From assembly GCA_965235115.1 (NCBI GenBank), contig OZ249436.1, positions 39,186,001 to 39,250,000 on the forward strand: DNA of 64,000 bases, given 5' to 3'. This document shows positions 50,624 to 62,725 of the stretch, one piece after another (within the stretch, counting starts at the first letter, position 1; the number at the start of each line of letters is the position of its first letter). The position numbers and the translations under genes were made by a program. Below the pieces are notes generated by a model that was not told where the DNA came from, searched no databases, and saw nothing but the letters and a program-made list of their open reading frames with translations. The stretch is from Laetmonice hystrix (taxonomy: Eukaryota).

Positions 50624-53600
50624 GATGGCGACCAGAGTGAGCCCGCCCCAATATACGAAGGAGAAGGGGTATGAGCGATATAAGGTGGAGTTGTTGGCAT
50701 GGAATGAGGTCACAGACATTGTGGCTGAGAAGTGGGGCATCGTGGTGGCGTTGTCATTGCCCGAAAATGCTGAAGGAGATATTAGGGAGCGGGTGTTTGA
50801 TGAAATGACCACGGAGGACCTGAAAAAGGTAAATGGACTGGCCTTGCTGATTGAATATTTAGATAAACAACTTGGCAAAGACGAGTTGACAGATGGTCTG
50901 GAAAAATTTGAGGATTTTGAGGACTATAGGCGGCAGCCAGGCCAAAGCATGTCGGACTTCATCTCCAGATTTGATCAGAAGTACAACAAGAGCATGAGGT
51001 TGCAAATGAAACTCCCTCCAGCTATTCTTGCTTTTATGCTTTTGCGGAAGGCTAACATTACCAAAGAGGAAAAGATGCTAGTGCTGACTGGGATGGACTA
51101 TGATAAGAAGGATGAGCTGTATAATCAAGCTAAAAGGTCGTTACTGAAGTTCAAGGGTGAACAAGGGGGTGGAGGTGAGAGTCATGTGAATGGAGCCACA
51201 GGGGCGATGAAGCTGGAGCCGGCATATTGTGCGGATGATGAGAACGTTTGGTGGAGTGCAGGTTCACACAAGAAAAGCCCTGCTCGAGGAGGGCGGTCAC
51301 CAGTATGGCAGCGGGGGAGTCAGCAGAGTGGACACCGAGGTGGATACAGTGAAAATTTCAGGGGTTATAATGGCAACAATCAATCGGTGCGCAATGTTAA
51401 TCCAAAGGGCGCTGATGGATACAGTGGAAATTTCAGGGGTTACCATGGGAACAGTCAATCGGTGCGCAATGTCAATGCCATGGGAGCTGATGGTAAGACT
51501 ATGTTATGCAAGTCGTGTGGATCTTTTCGACATTTGATAGCAGATTGTTCTGATAGCTGGGAGAATCGGAAAGCTGTGAACATTGCAGAGCATGATCCTA
51601 GTTCCGAAGTTGTGTTGTTCACCAGAGGATGTGATTATGCTAACGGGATTCAGTAAAGACAGCGTTAGGCGATTCAGTGAAGAGGCGCGAAGATGCACAG
51701 TTCTGGATAGTGCCTGTTCCAGCACTGTATGTGGCGAAAACTGGATGGATGACTACTTGGCATCACTGGATCCTGTAGAGAGAGACAAGGTGACGAGCAA
51801 AGATAGTTCCAAAGTGTTCAGATTTGGCGGGGGTGAACAACTCAAGTCTATGGTCTCATTCAAAATTCCTGCAAACATTGTGGGAAAAGAGGTCATGATT
51901 ACAACAGATGTTGTCAGCTCCGACATACCTCTGTTGCTATCTAAAGCAGAAACAAACGGGAGTAAAGTTAAATCTCCAGAACGATACAGCAGAGATTTTA
52001 GGTGTGGAAGTGACTTTGAATGAAACCTCTTCGGGACATTACTGCATTCCCATTGATGCAGTAGGGGGAACAACAATGGAGAGTGTATGTGCTGTTAACC
52101 TGGACAAGCTGAGTATCCAGAACAGGTACAAGACCCTAATGAAGTTGCACAGGCAGTTTGCTCACCCATCGGAGACACGTTTCAAGAGGCTACTAGAGGA
52201 TGCGGGAGCATGGAGAGGAGACTTTCAGGAGATGGTGAGCAAAATATATCAGAGTTGTGACGTATGTAAGTTATACAAGAAAACACCCCCCGGCCTGTAG
52301 TGTCCATGCCTATGGCATCACGGTTTAATGAAAAAGTGTGTATGGACTTGAAGAAGTGGCGTGATCGTTGGATCTTACATTTAGTCGACATGTGGTCGAG
52401 GTTCTCCGTCTCTGTGTTCATCAATCGGAAGCGACCGAGTGATGTGATCGATAAAATTATGACATGCTGGGTTGGTGCTGCGTTCGGAGTGATGGAGGGA
52501 ATCGTCTCTGACAATGGAGGTGAATTTTCGTCTGAAGAGATGCGTGAGGTGTGCAGTATCCTCAATATGGAAAAGCTGACCCCGGCGGCTAACAGTCCAT
52601 TCCAGAATGGACTGTGCGAGAGAAATCATGCGGTGGTGGACAACATGCTGTTGAAATTGGAGGAACAATGCCCAAATACCCCCATCGAAGTGCTTCTGGG
52701 TTGGGCTAACATGGCGAAAAACTGCTTGCAAATGTGGCATGGCTATAGCAGTTATCAGCTCGTATTTGGCAAAAACCCGAATTTGCCAAACATCATGACG
52801 GAACAGGCGCCTGCGCTTGAAGGATCATCAACAAGTGAAATGCTGGTACAGCATCTTAATGGGTTGCATGCCGCAAGGAGAGCCTTTATTGAGTCAGAGG
52901 CTGACGAGCGAGTGAGGAGGGCCCTGAGAAGCAAAATTAGAGCGGCAGAGCGTGTGTACAATCCTGGGGACCGGATATACTACAAGCGTGACTGCAATGA
53001 AAGGTGGGTTGGTCCGGCCAAGGTGATATTTCAGGACGGCAAAGTTATTTTCGTTAGACATGGGTCTACGTTTGTGAGGGTGTCTGCCAATCGCCTCACA
53101 TTAGTCACAAGCACGGGTGAACCGGGGCATAAGGAATCCATGGAAAAAGGGGTTATCACCCGAGGTGATGAGTTCAGTGAGCCGGAGGATTGCGCCAGTG
53201 AGGAAGAGGTTGTACTAGGTCAATCAGGCATTGCAGGTGATGCAAACAATGCAAGTGATACGTACCTCTCAAATAGGGGCAAGTATTGATACACGGCCCA
53301 TACATCTGAAGAGGGATGATAATGTACGGTATCGGGTTGATGGATCGCATGATTGGATGAAAGCAGTGATATTAGGAAGTGCTGGAAAGGGGACAGGAAG
53401 CCACAAAAATTGGTATAATGTCAGGGACAATGAAGGACATAAACTGAGTCTGAATCTGGCGGAGGTGGCTGACTGGGAGAAAGTGGAAACTGAAGATGTC
53501 AATGTCGTGATTATACCAAAGGAATATCACGGGGAAGAAAAATGCAGGGCAGCGAAGCGGGTTGAGCTGCAGAAACTAAAAGAGTTTGGGACATATGAAG

Positions 53601-54978
53601 AAGTGAATGATACTGGTCAATTCCGCATATCTACCACATGGGTCATATCAGACAAAAGCAACCAGATACGGGCCAGGCTGGTGGCTCAAGGTTACGAAGA
53701 TGAGCAGCACTATCCAAAAGAGTCTCCCACCATTGGTAAAAGTGCCATGAGGGTGGGCCATCACAGCGAGCAAAGGGTGGGACATAAAGACAACTGATAT
53801 CAAATCAGCTTTTTTGCAAGGAAAAGAGATGGACAAAGACGTACACGTAACCCCACCAAAAGAGGTACGAATCAATGGGGTGATTTGGAAGCTGAAACAT
53901 TGTTTGTATGGGCTGAATGATGCTGCTAGGCATTTCTACAAAAGTGTGGTGGAGTGTCTACAAAGGATAGGGTGTACACAGTCTGCATTGGATCCCGCTT
54001 TGTTCTACATGTTAGATGGTAAAGGGGAGTTGATTGGCATTGTGGCGTGCCATGTTGACGATTTTCCCCATTCCGGCACAGCTGTGTTCGATAAGACAGT
54101 GATAGGGAAGTTGACGGACAGATTCCTGGCGGGCAAAGTGGAAGGATGTGCTTTTCGATATGTGGGATTCAATGTGGTACAAGACTGCATGGGTATCGTT
54201 GTGGATCACTCAGAGTACGTGACAAAGATTGAGAACGGAAGTGTTGATCCAAACAGAGCAATGGATAGGCAAGATCTGCTGGTGGCCAGAGAACAGACGT
54301 TATTCAGGCAGCTAGTGGGACACCTTAACTGGGCTGTCCAGGGGTCACGGCCAGATTTAGCCTTCGATATGATCGACCTCAGCACTAAGTTGAAACAGGC
54401 AGCAGTGTGTGATCTCATGCGGGTTATCAAGTGTATTGAGAGAATGAAGAGTGGGTCATCGGTCTTGAAATTCTCCATTCTGGGTCCTTATGAGGGCTGG
54501 AAGCTGGTGGTGTTCACTGATGCAGCGCTTGGGAACCTCGAAGGATCGGGGAGTGTGGGAGCCCGAATCTGTTTCCTTGTGAATTCCAGTGGAGACAGTT
54601 GCCCTCTTAGTTGGGGTGCAAATAAAATCAAAAGAGTGGTGAGGTCCACGTTATCCGCAGAAATGCTGAGTCTACAGGAGGGGATCGAAGATACCCTCTA
54701 CCTGAGAGGTTTGGTTACAGAGCTCATGGGGAAACCTGGGAGGCCGATCCCCATCGTGGCCTACGTTGACAACAAAAGTGTAGTCCAGGCTCTGGGCTCC
54801 ACAAAGTTGGTGGACGACAAGAGATATAACCTCCATCAAGGAATGTGTAGAAAGGAACGAAATAGCAGCAGTGAGGTGGATAAGGGGCGAAGATCAGTTG
54901 GCCAACTGCCTGACCAAACGCGGTGCTTCAAGCTATAGACTGATGCAAGTCCTGATGAATGGGCATTTGGAATTCTAG
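50624..54978 (+). pseudogene. Copia gag-pol polyprotein with several frameshifts
   Basis: Gag knuckle CKSCGSFRHLIADC; protease LDSAC; integrase H.QFAH..CDVC, SDNGGEF, NGLCER; RT RARLVA, LYGLNDA, HVDD; RNase H FTDA, DNKS, ANCLTK. Confidence 0.9.
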
Positions 54979-56035
54979 AAAACAGACTGCTTAACTGATT
55001 TGCTAATAAGTTAATTTTGTGGTTTTGTACTTAAGCAGATAACGTTTCCTGTTCTATGTTTTGACTGTTACCTTTAATATATGAAGGGCTATGGACAATT
55101 TTATTTTAGAATGCCTATATCGGCAAACAAAAGAAAGAGACTATTATTAATATTGTTACACTATTGATATTAAGTGCACATGTACCGGAAGATGCGCGGA
55201 GAGGAGGCGCGGGGAGGGGTGAGGGAAAATACAAGTGGCAAACATTAATCAAAGAGTCGGTGTTTTGTTGCGTATATTATCGGCCATTACTTGATTGACC
55301 CTAAGCCACCGCCTTCTAGGAATAAAGAAGAAATAGTTACGATAGATGTTGCCTATTGTATAAGAGAATTTAATTTACTGTAAAGTGTACTCAATACAAA
55401 AAATCCTAGGGCAAGGCGTGACCAGCCGATTGATTGGATCGGGCCTCTCCAACCTCCCATCTAGGTGAAGTAGTAGCCAAAGCACCGTGTTGGACCTGTG
55501 AAAAGCCCGGCAGTTCACCGTCCTCAGGTACCAGGACCTCTTCCTCCACCGACACGAGTCGCGACTCACGGCAAACAAGTCGCCCCATTTATTCGCCTCT
55601 TACGAACAGCCAGGGGGGCTGGGGAACATTCTTACCCCGGTCCCCATGGGGGATACAGTTTTTGTATGGAATAGTTACCAGGGGACGCGAACGATGCTGT
55701 TACCACAACAGAAGGCCTTTTTATTACTATTGGGACAATCGGCTGTTTCCGTGTTGGTGTCAATAGCCAGTCCCTATGGGAAATCCCCCTAGGCATAACT
55801 AGACGATCTCAGTTCGCTCAGTTCGTTCAGTTCGCTCAGTTCGTTTGTTATTGATGCCCCCTATAACATCGAATAACTGTAACACCATGAAAATTGGGGA
55901 AGCGGTAGCCCTCGAAACGTAGTCAAGCTTCCAAGGGGTATGCAAAATATGCTTAAAGTAACCACTATCAAAGCCAGTTTATCAAAATAAGACCCGACAC
56001 CCGTGCCAAGAAGCACAACTCTGCTGATTACTCAC

Positions 56036-56141
56036 CAATACCTTGTCGTATGACATAACCGTCTTCAGGCGGTGGGCGATGACAAGCAGCGTGCAGTTTG
56101 ATAACTGGGACTTCAGCATCGTTTGGATGATTTCATCAGTC
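56036..56141 (-). CDS. Penultimate exon of the ABCC4/MRP-like transporter (NBD2 H-loop)
   Basis: TDEIIQTMLKSQLSNCTLLVIAHRLKTVMSYDKVL between tttcag and gtgag; phase 0 join to the terminal exon. Confidence 0.88.
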
Positions 56142-56540
56142 CTGAAACAGTGTGTGACGGTATTATTCATCAGGGGAATGACAAATCTACTGCAGTCGGA
56201 TATAGGGGGGGGGGGGGTACAGGCCAATGCGGCCTCCAGAGGCGTCTGCCTCAGTGGGGGTCTGGGGTGCCTCCCCCATAAAAATTTGGATTTTAGGTCC
56301 TGTTAGACGCGATTTCCCGGCATCCGAGGCAAGAAAAGCACGGGTCAACTGTGCCGTCTTGCAAGCCATTTTCGCCCTGGCAGATGACGATTGGTAAACC
56401 TTTTTATTTGGAACAAGGATGACATCTGTGACTCACATTTGATACCTATACGGAAGCGTATTGCTGCCACATGAAAAAAAATGTCTGTATGACGTACTAC
56501 TTAAGAACGAATGCGCACGTCACTGACACAGCTCATCAAC

Positions 56541-56936
56541 ATGGCAGCGGCTGAGGCAGTCTGCCTTTATTTTACAAGGCCTCAAGCACGCTGACATTTT
56601 AGAATGTCTTGCCCATATAAATGGAATTGTTTTCAGTTTGAGAAGATTGTGGAGACAGTTAAGATCACTGGGTCTCTACCGTCGAAAGAATTATTCTGAT
56701 CGTCTAGATGTTGGGTTATTTTTTAACGCAACAGCAGACGAACACATGGTTACAAGCTACATCATTTGGCCTGTGTTCAGAATGGACACTGTGTGACTCA
56801 GAACACTGTGAGTATTCAATTCCGACTGCGATCTTCAGTGGCGCCCAACTTCCTATGGCATGTTGATTGCTATGATAAATTGACGCCATACGGACTCTGT
56901 GTACATGGCACAATAGACAGCTTCTCCAGGTGTATC
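56541..56936 (+). pseudogene. Degenerate IS3EU-like DDE transposase, 5' part; continues at ~62861-62910
   Basis: GLKHADILECL..GIVFSLRRLWRQLRSLGLYRRKNYSD and WHVDCYDKLTPYGLCVHGTIDSFSRCI; after the LINE, ADHGTENV. Confidence 0.65.
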
Positions 56937-57380
56937 ATTTTTTTTTTTTTTTTTTTTTTTAATTTCCTTTATTTATCCTGGCTCGACGTCAGCGTTACCG
57001 CTGGTTTACATCGTCTGCCAGCTTACATAATGGTCGATCATCTAGAGATATTATAAATCAACTAAGGTGATATGAAACACATCACCGGTAAACGATTACA
57101 AACATATTTACACATGGCTTGTTGACATTGTAAGATAGTACATGGGTAGATGGGTACAAATGCTTCTCACTTGGTATAGGCAATAGATATTAAAATAATC
57201 GGGTGCACCTGAGCTTAGAAAAATAAGAATTCCATTTTTTACTAATGTAATACATCTTCGAATTACTAGGTCGCAGGCCCTGCAATCGCCAGCAATTCAG
57301 CCTCCACACATGCCTATGCATTCAACCTATATACATACATACACACACCCATGTCACAACGTCAGAGTGTAGGCAAGCTA

Positions 57381-60272
57381 TCAGTTATAATTATCATTGT
57401 GATTAAAGGAAGCGCTGTTCATCATATTTTTTTGTGTATACTTAAACTGGTCATATGATGAAATATTTCTTATACACACAGGTAAGTTATTCCAATCGAC
57501 AGCCCCTTTGTATAAAGGATTCTGCTTAAATTTTTCTAATCTTGGCTGTGGTACTTTAAACACAGTTGCTGCATGGGTCCTTGTAGCAATATTCCTACTG
57601 TCAATAAGCTCTAACCATTCCTGTTTTTTGTACATGAAGTTTCTAAGATGGGCTAGTCTTCGGGGTGCTAACATTGCAGTTTTACATCTTCGATGTACAA
57701 CATGTAGCTCTGTGGATGATATGTAACCTCCTTCCTTAATGCAAATTCTTAAGGCTCGATTTTGTAGAGTTTGAAGTTTTTTGAGAGCCTTCTGACTAGC
57801 ACCGTCGTAAAATAGATCACCATAGTCCAAGTATGGAAGAACCATCGTTTTATACATCAGTAGGCTTGCTTTAAAGTTAATGTATCTTCTTATTTTGGAC
57901 AACAGATATACCTTATGAGCAGCTAGTCTGTAACAATTGTCTATGTGCTTAGTGAATGTAAGATGTTTGTCCAACGTGAACCCCAAATACTTGTAAAAGT
58001 TAACACGTTCGACAGTTCTGTTGTCAAAATACAATTTGTGATTCTTGATTCTTTTAGTTTGGGATTTTAGTCCAAAGATAACATACTTGGTCTTCTTAAT
58101 ATTGACGGTAAGTTTGTTGCTTTCGCACCATCTAGATAAATTCAGCAGATCTTCTTGCAGTGCCCCAGTTACTTCCTCAATATTACTGCCTGACCGAAAT
58201 GCCACAGTATCGTCTGCATGCAATTGATGATATGAATTTTTTATAGCAGTAGACAAGTCATTAATATACACTAAGAATAGCAAAGGACCCAAAATAGATC
58301 CCTGAGGCACTCCGCACATTACTTCTAGTGGATCTGATAGGGAGTTATTGCAGGTAGTACGTTGGAATCGGCCAGAAAGGTAGTTGGTTAACCAGGAAAG
58401 TGTCAGACCTTTAATACCTAGGTACTCGAGTTTTTTCAATAGTATAGAATGGTTAACGGTATCGAAGGCCTTAGATAGGTCTATAAATACGGCAACTGTG
58501 ACTTCCCTATCATTTATTGCATTAAAAATTCTGTCCACAAGATTTAACGCTGAGTTAGTGGTTGAGTGACTAGAACGAAAGCCCCCTTGTCGATCGTCTA
58601 GCAATTTGTTGTCCTCAAAGAACCTAGTCAGTCTCTCATGTACCACTTTCTCCAATAACTTTCCTGGGATTGGGAGGAGTGACACGGGCCTGAGATTCGA
58701 CACATCAGATTTACTACCGTCTTTTTGGAGAGGCACAACAGTAGCACACTTCCATTCCTGTGGATAAATGCCAGTATTCAACGATAAATTGAAAAGGAAG
58801 CATACTTTTTCAGGTACGGCAAGAAATGCCTCTTTAATTACTCTACTAGATACGTTATCGATTGATGACGATTTATAGATATTAATATCTTTAGCTAGCT
58901 TAATAATTTCTTCTGTTGTCGTGGCTATTTCCCCTATAGCAAGGTTATTCTTAGTACCCTTGTACTCCCACACCGTGTTATGTTGTCTCGCTAATTTAGG
59001 CCCAATATTAGTAAAGAAGTCATTAATAAAGTTTGCGGTTTTATCCTGTTCAATTTTGTTGCCTGTTTCAGTATCAATTAGGTTAAATGTGGGCGTTTGC
59101 GATTTATTGTTCGGTAACACTTGCTTTAGCATTTGCCAAAACTTCTTACTATCATGGCTATTACTTTCAAGATTATCATTGATAAAGTCCGCTTTAGCCC
59201 TACGCAGTTTACTTAAAGTTTGATTCTTTAACTTTCTTGCCCTTTCGCAGTCGTCAGGGTTTTCAGTTTGTTTAGCCCGTTTCAAGGCGTAGTCTTTATC
59301 TTTGATAAGTTCAAGTAATTCTGAGGTAATCTAAGGGTCCTTTATTTGCTTGATTTTGAATGTTTTGAGTGGACACATACTATCTATTATGTCTCTAACT
59401 TTGGTTAGAAAGAGATCCCATGCTTTATCTGGGTTAGTTTCACTGTCAAAGTCCGCCCAGATAGCGTTCCTCATACGAGTCTTAAAATATTCCTCATTAA
59501 AGTCTCTGTAGGATCTCCCTTTGAACGAAACTTTCTTCTTAATAGTAATGCCTTTTTTACGGGTGACATAAACCATATTATGATCACTGATGTTACAGTC
59601 TAGGACCCCCTGATGTGCAATAAAGTCAGAATTCGTCAGAATCAGGTCCAAACAGCTACATTTACTTTTAGTCATTCTTGTAGGTTCGTTAATAATTTGT
59701 TGTAGTCCGAGAGATCTAGCAAAATTTACAAGTAATTTAAAGTTTTCAGTTTTCTTATCAAGATAGTCGATATTTATGTCACCCAGGATAAAAAGGTCTT
59801 GACCAATCAAATCAATTTCTTGTATGGCATTTTCCAAGTATTCAAGGAATAGTTTAGTATTTCCCTGCGGAGGCCTATATATCGTAGCAACTATAATTTT
59901 GCGTTGTTTCTCAGGTTTTAAGACTATCCATTGTATCTCTATGTCTATGCTGCTTTTATTTAGGTAATTTAGGTCCGTGTCCGAGAAGGGAATGCCAGCC
60001 CTTATGAAGGTAGCCACACCCCCACCCTTTTTGGGGTTCGTACTATCTTGAGAACACCAGGCTCTATCAAGTCTGACTAAATTGAAATCTGGAATCGATA
60101 TCATGCCATCTGGTTTTTTGGGATTTAACCATGTTTCAGAAACGGTTACTATATGTAAATTCGAGTTATTGATATACTGCTTGAGGTGATCAATCTTGTT
60201 GAAAATACTCCTCGTATTCAAATGCGAGAGATGTAGGCCCTTGCGACTTGTGATATTGTTCAAGTCATCCAT
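57381..60272 (-). CDS. LINE ORF2 endonuclease-reverse transcriptase, one in-frame stop at 59331-59333
   Basis: HLNTRS, SETWL, YRPP, GDIN, SDH; RPVSLL, FIDLSKAFD, GVPQGSILGP, HADD, YLG. The 313-aa and 634-aa ORFs are in the same frame across P*IT (canonical PWIT). Confidence 0.93.
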
Positions 60273-60717
60273 AATACAGTGTAAACATTCAAGCTTATTT
60301 CATGTGAGAGTGTCCCGATAATGATAGTACCCATCTTCAGTATAATAAACAACTTACAAGTTATCCCACCCTGGTATAGGCGCCTATCGCCACCAGGGTT
60401 ATTGTCGACACACAAAGCCATGACACGGTCATACAACATCATGTTGGCTGACTGTAGAAGAAGAAGACAGTCTGCTCCTCTGCGTGTAGTTTGGAGCATA
60501 ACCACATTACCTTTGAGAAGAGTATGTCAAGACCTCATCGATCTGTAAGGTGGTAAGCCAAGTATCACCCCCTTAGTGAGATTGGTGATTCGTTGATGCT
60601 ACCCTTTGGTAATATTGGCGAATCGGTCTATTAGGACCTAGGAACATTATATATACAACTATATCACATACGTTGAACCATAATGTACAGCATCATATTT
60701 TAGATAACGGCGAGCTA

Positions 60718-61325
60718 CATTGAGAACGATGGTTCAGTTGTACAATAACCATCCAATAAACGACGAGTTACTCCTGTACAAATTACCGTACCTCCTGACT
60801 TCGCCATCTTCTACACTGAGATCGATGGGTTGGCCAAGGAGCACCTGCATCATATGTACGAGTATAAGATACCCGGACCATTAGGTTTGACCACATTTCA
60901 CATTGAGAACGATGGTTCAGTTGTTGTGCGATTACTGACGTGCGCCAAGAACTGAGAACCTATATTCTTAATAGTTCTCATTACCTTTGCCCATCCGGAC
61001 ACCGCGACTGGGTAGAAACATTTGTAACCAGAAGTCTTACATTACAATAACCATCCAATAAACGGCGAGTTACCCCTGTACAAATTACCGTACCTCCTGA
61101 CTTCGCCATTTTCTACACTGAGATCGATGGGTTGGCCATGAAGCACCTGCATCATATGTACGAGTATAAGATACCCGGAAAATTAGGTTTGATCACGTTC
61201 TACATTGAGAACCATCCAACCCTGTTACCCTGTACAAGTTACCGCACCTCCTGACCTCGCCATCTTCTACATTGAGATCGAAGGGTTGGCCATGGAGCAC
61301 CTGCATCATATGTACAAGTATAAAC
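60718..61325. repeat. Imperfect ~100-180-bp repeats between the two LINE ORFs
   Basis: CCTGTACAA.TTACCG.ACCTCCTGAC.TCGCCAT..GCACCTGCATCATATGTAC.AGTATAA occurs three times. Confidence 0.8.
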
Positions 61326-61372
61326 CTATATATAGTCTATACCAAGGTGACGGTGGTGAAACACTTCGGCCC

Positions 61373-62725
61373 TTACTGGCTAAGCCTGTCTCTGTATTCC
61401 TGGAGAACAATGCCCAGTTTGTTGCCACTTTTGACGTTAGCTTGTGATATAGAACGGTACTGCGCAAGCGTTAATCCGCACCCGTAAAATGCATCGTGTG
61501 TGGCCTCATACAGATTACCTGTCGTGGAAAGGAGTTTCTCCCTAATTACATTGTTTTGATCAAACTTGAGAGAAACGATCTTCTTCATGGTTGCGAGTTT
61601 AGATTGTTCCCATTCTTGTGTGGACTTGATTTGTTTTCCGAGTCTCATTGCCTCATAAGCATCTTTCGCACAAGAAATTTTCCTCTCTGCCTCGGGGTTG
61701 TGACATTGGCGAGCTTTTTCTGCTTGATACAGGTGTTCTGCCGAGGGGTAGACAGCTCCGTTGTATTTAATTTGACAGGGGTAGAGGTTAGATAGAAAGG
61801 CGTGGTGCCCCTGGAACGCAACCCCATCTGTTACTTTGACCACCTTGGCCGATTCCAGGGAAAGCCCGTGAGGGAGACTATTGATATCCTGATAGGTGTA
61901 CTTCTCGGCCTCTATGACAAGTGTACCACCCTTGACTTGGGCTTGGATGTCTTGTTTGCGCGCATAGGCTGCGACTGCCCGCAGATCACGGCGCTCACTC
62001 AGGACCTCTGGGGATAAGTCGTCTGTGACGTAGACTCCCTGCCACTTTCTATTGTCTCGTAGACCCGATGTGTGTCGAAAGAGTTCTTGTTTCGCTTGAG
62101 TGGTCGAGAACTTGACCATTACCGATCTTGGCCTAGTATTGTTCTTCTTGGGACCCAGCCTGTACACACTGTCGACAATACACGTCGTCAAATCCACTTT
62201 CAGGTCCCGGAATAACTCCACTACCTTTGCCCTGACATTATCCTCACCGACCTCAGTTAGCCCACCAATAATTATGTTTTTCTTTCTCTTTTCGTTTTCC
62301 AATATGGCAAGCTTTTTTTCTACCGAGCTTAGTTTCAGTTCATATGCTCTCACTTTGGTCTGTGCGTCTTCCAGTTGATCGGATAAGCTGGACATATCAT
62401 TCTCAATTCGGTCCACCCGGTCTGTGAGCGCCTCATTCTTCTCCTTTAACGTATCAACTGTTGCATTTATTGTTTCGATATGTCTGTCCAGCTTCTCGTT
62501 CGCGGCACTAATGGTTGATTTGATATCAGACAACTGTTTACATACGTCTGCATTACCTGCTTGAGTCTTCAGGATCTCCCTCATCAAGTCATTCATATCT
62601 ATTGTTTTCTTATCACTGGGTTCACTTGTGTTCACGCTCACCTGAGGTGTTCTGTTGTCCTGGCCTGAGCACTCAGCCTTTTCCACGCTCCTGGTTTTGA
62701 TTTTTGACATGTCCTTAGGGCCCAT
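61373..62725 (-). CDS. LINE ORF1 (coiled coil, RRM-like, CTD) fused to a C-terminal NADAR/YbiA-like domain
   Basis: Heptad region, then RKKNIIIGGL.E, YRLG, RPRSVMVKF, VYVTDDLS (L1-type ORF1p), then FLSNLYP, SAEHLYQAEKA, KFDQN, YEATHDAFYGCG, GNKLG..L...RDRL. Confidence 0.85.
   Translation of the reverse strand: MGPKDMSKIKTRSVEKAECSGQDNRTPQVSVNTSEPSDKKTIDMNDLMREILKTQAGNADVCKQLSDIKSTISAANEKLDRHIETINATVDTLKEKNEALTDRVDRIENDMSSLSDQLEDAQTKVRAYELKLSSVEKKLAILENEKRKKNIIIGGLTEVGEDNVRAKVVELFRDLKVDLTTCIVDSVYRLGPKKNNTRPRSVMVKFSTTQAKQELFRHTSGLRDNRKWQGVYVTDDLSPEVLSERRDLRAVAAYARKQDIQAQVKGGTLVIEAEKYTYQDINSLPHGLSLESAKVVKVTDGVAFQGHHAFLSNLYPCQIKYNGAVYPSAEHLYQAEKARQCHNPEAERKISCAKDAYEAMRLGKQIKSTQEWEQSKLATMKKIVSLKFDQNNVIREKLLSTTGNLYEATHDAFYGCGLTLAQYRSISQANVKSGNKLGIVLQEYRDRLSQ

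Larger units (their letters stand above)
50197..55282 (+). mobile_element. Ty1/copia LTR retrotransposon, GalEa-like
   Basis: 129-bp LTRs at 50197-50325 and 55154-55282 (3 differences); GCCAT TSD; PBS TGGTAGCAGAGC; domain order gag-PR-IN-RT-RH. Confidence 0.92.
44405..55652 (-). mobile_element. Full-length I-group (Nimb/I-like) LINE with RNase H, carrying nested insertions
   Basis: 12-bp TSD ATACAGTTTTTG at 44393-44404 and 55653-55664, (ACTC)n 3' tail, ORF1 and ORF2 present. Confidence 0.88.

Noticed and set aside
44826..62378. Numerous antisense and alternative-frame ORFs over retroelement genes
   Set aside because: Shadow ORFs with no recognisable motifs.
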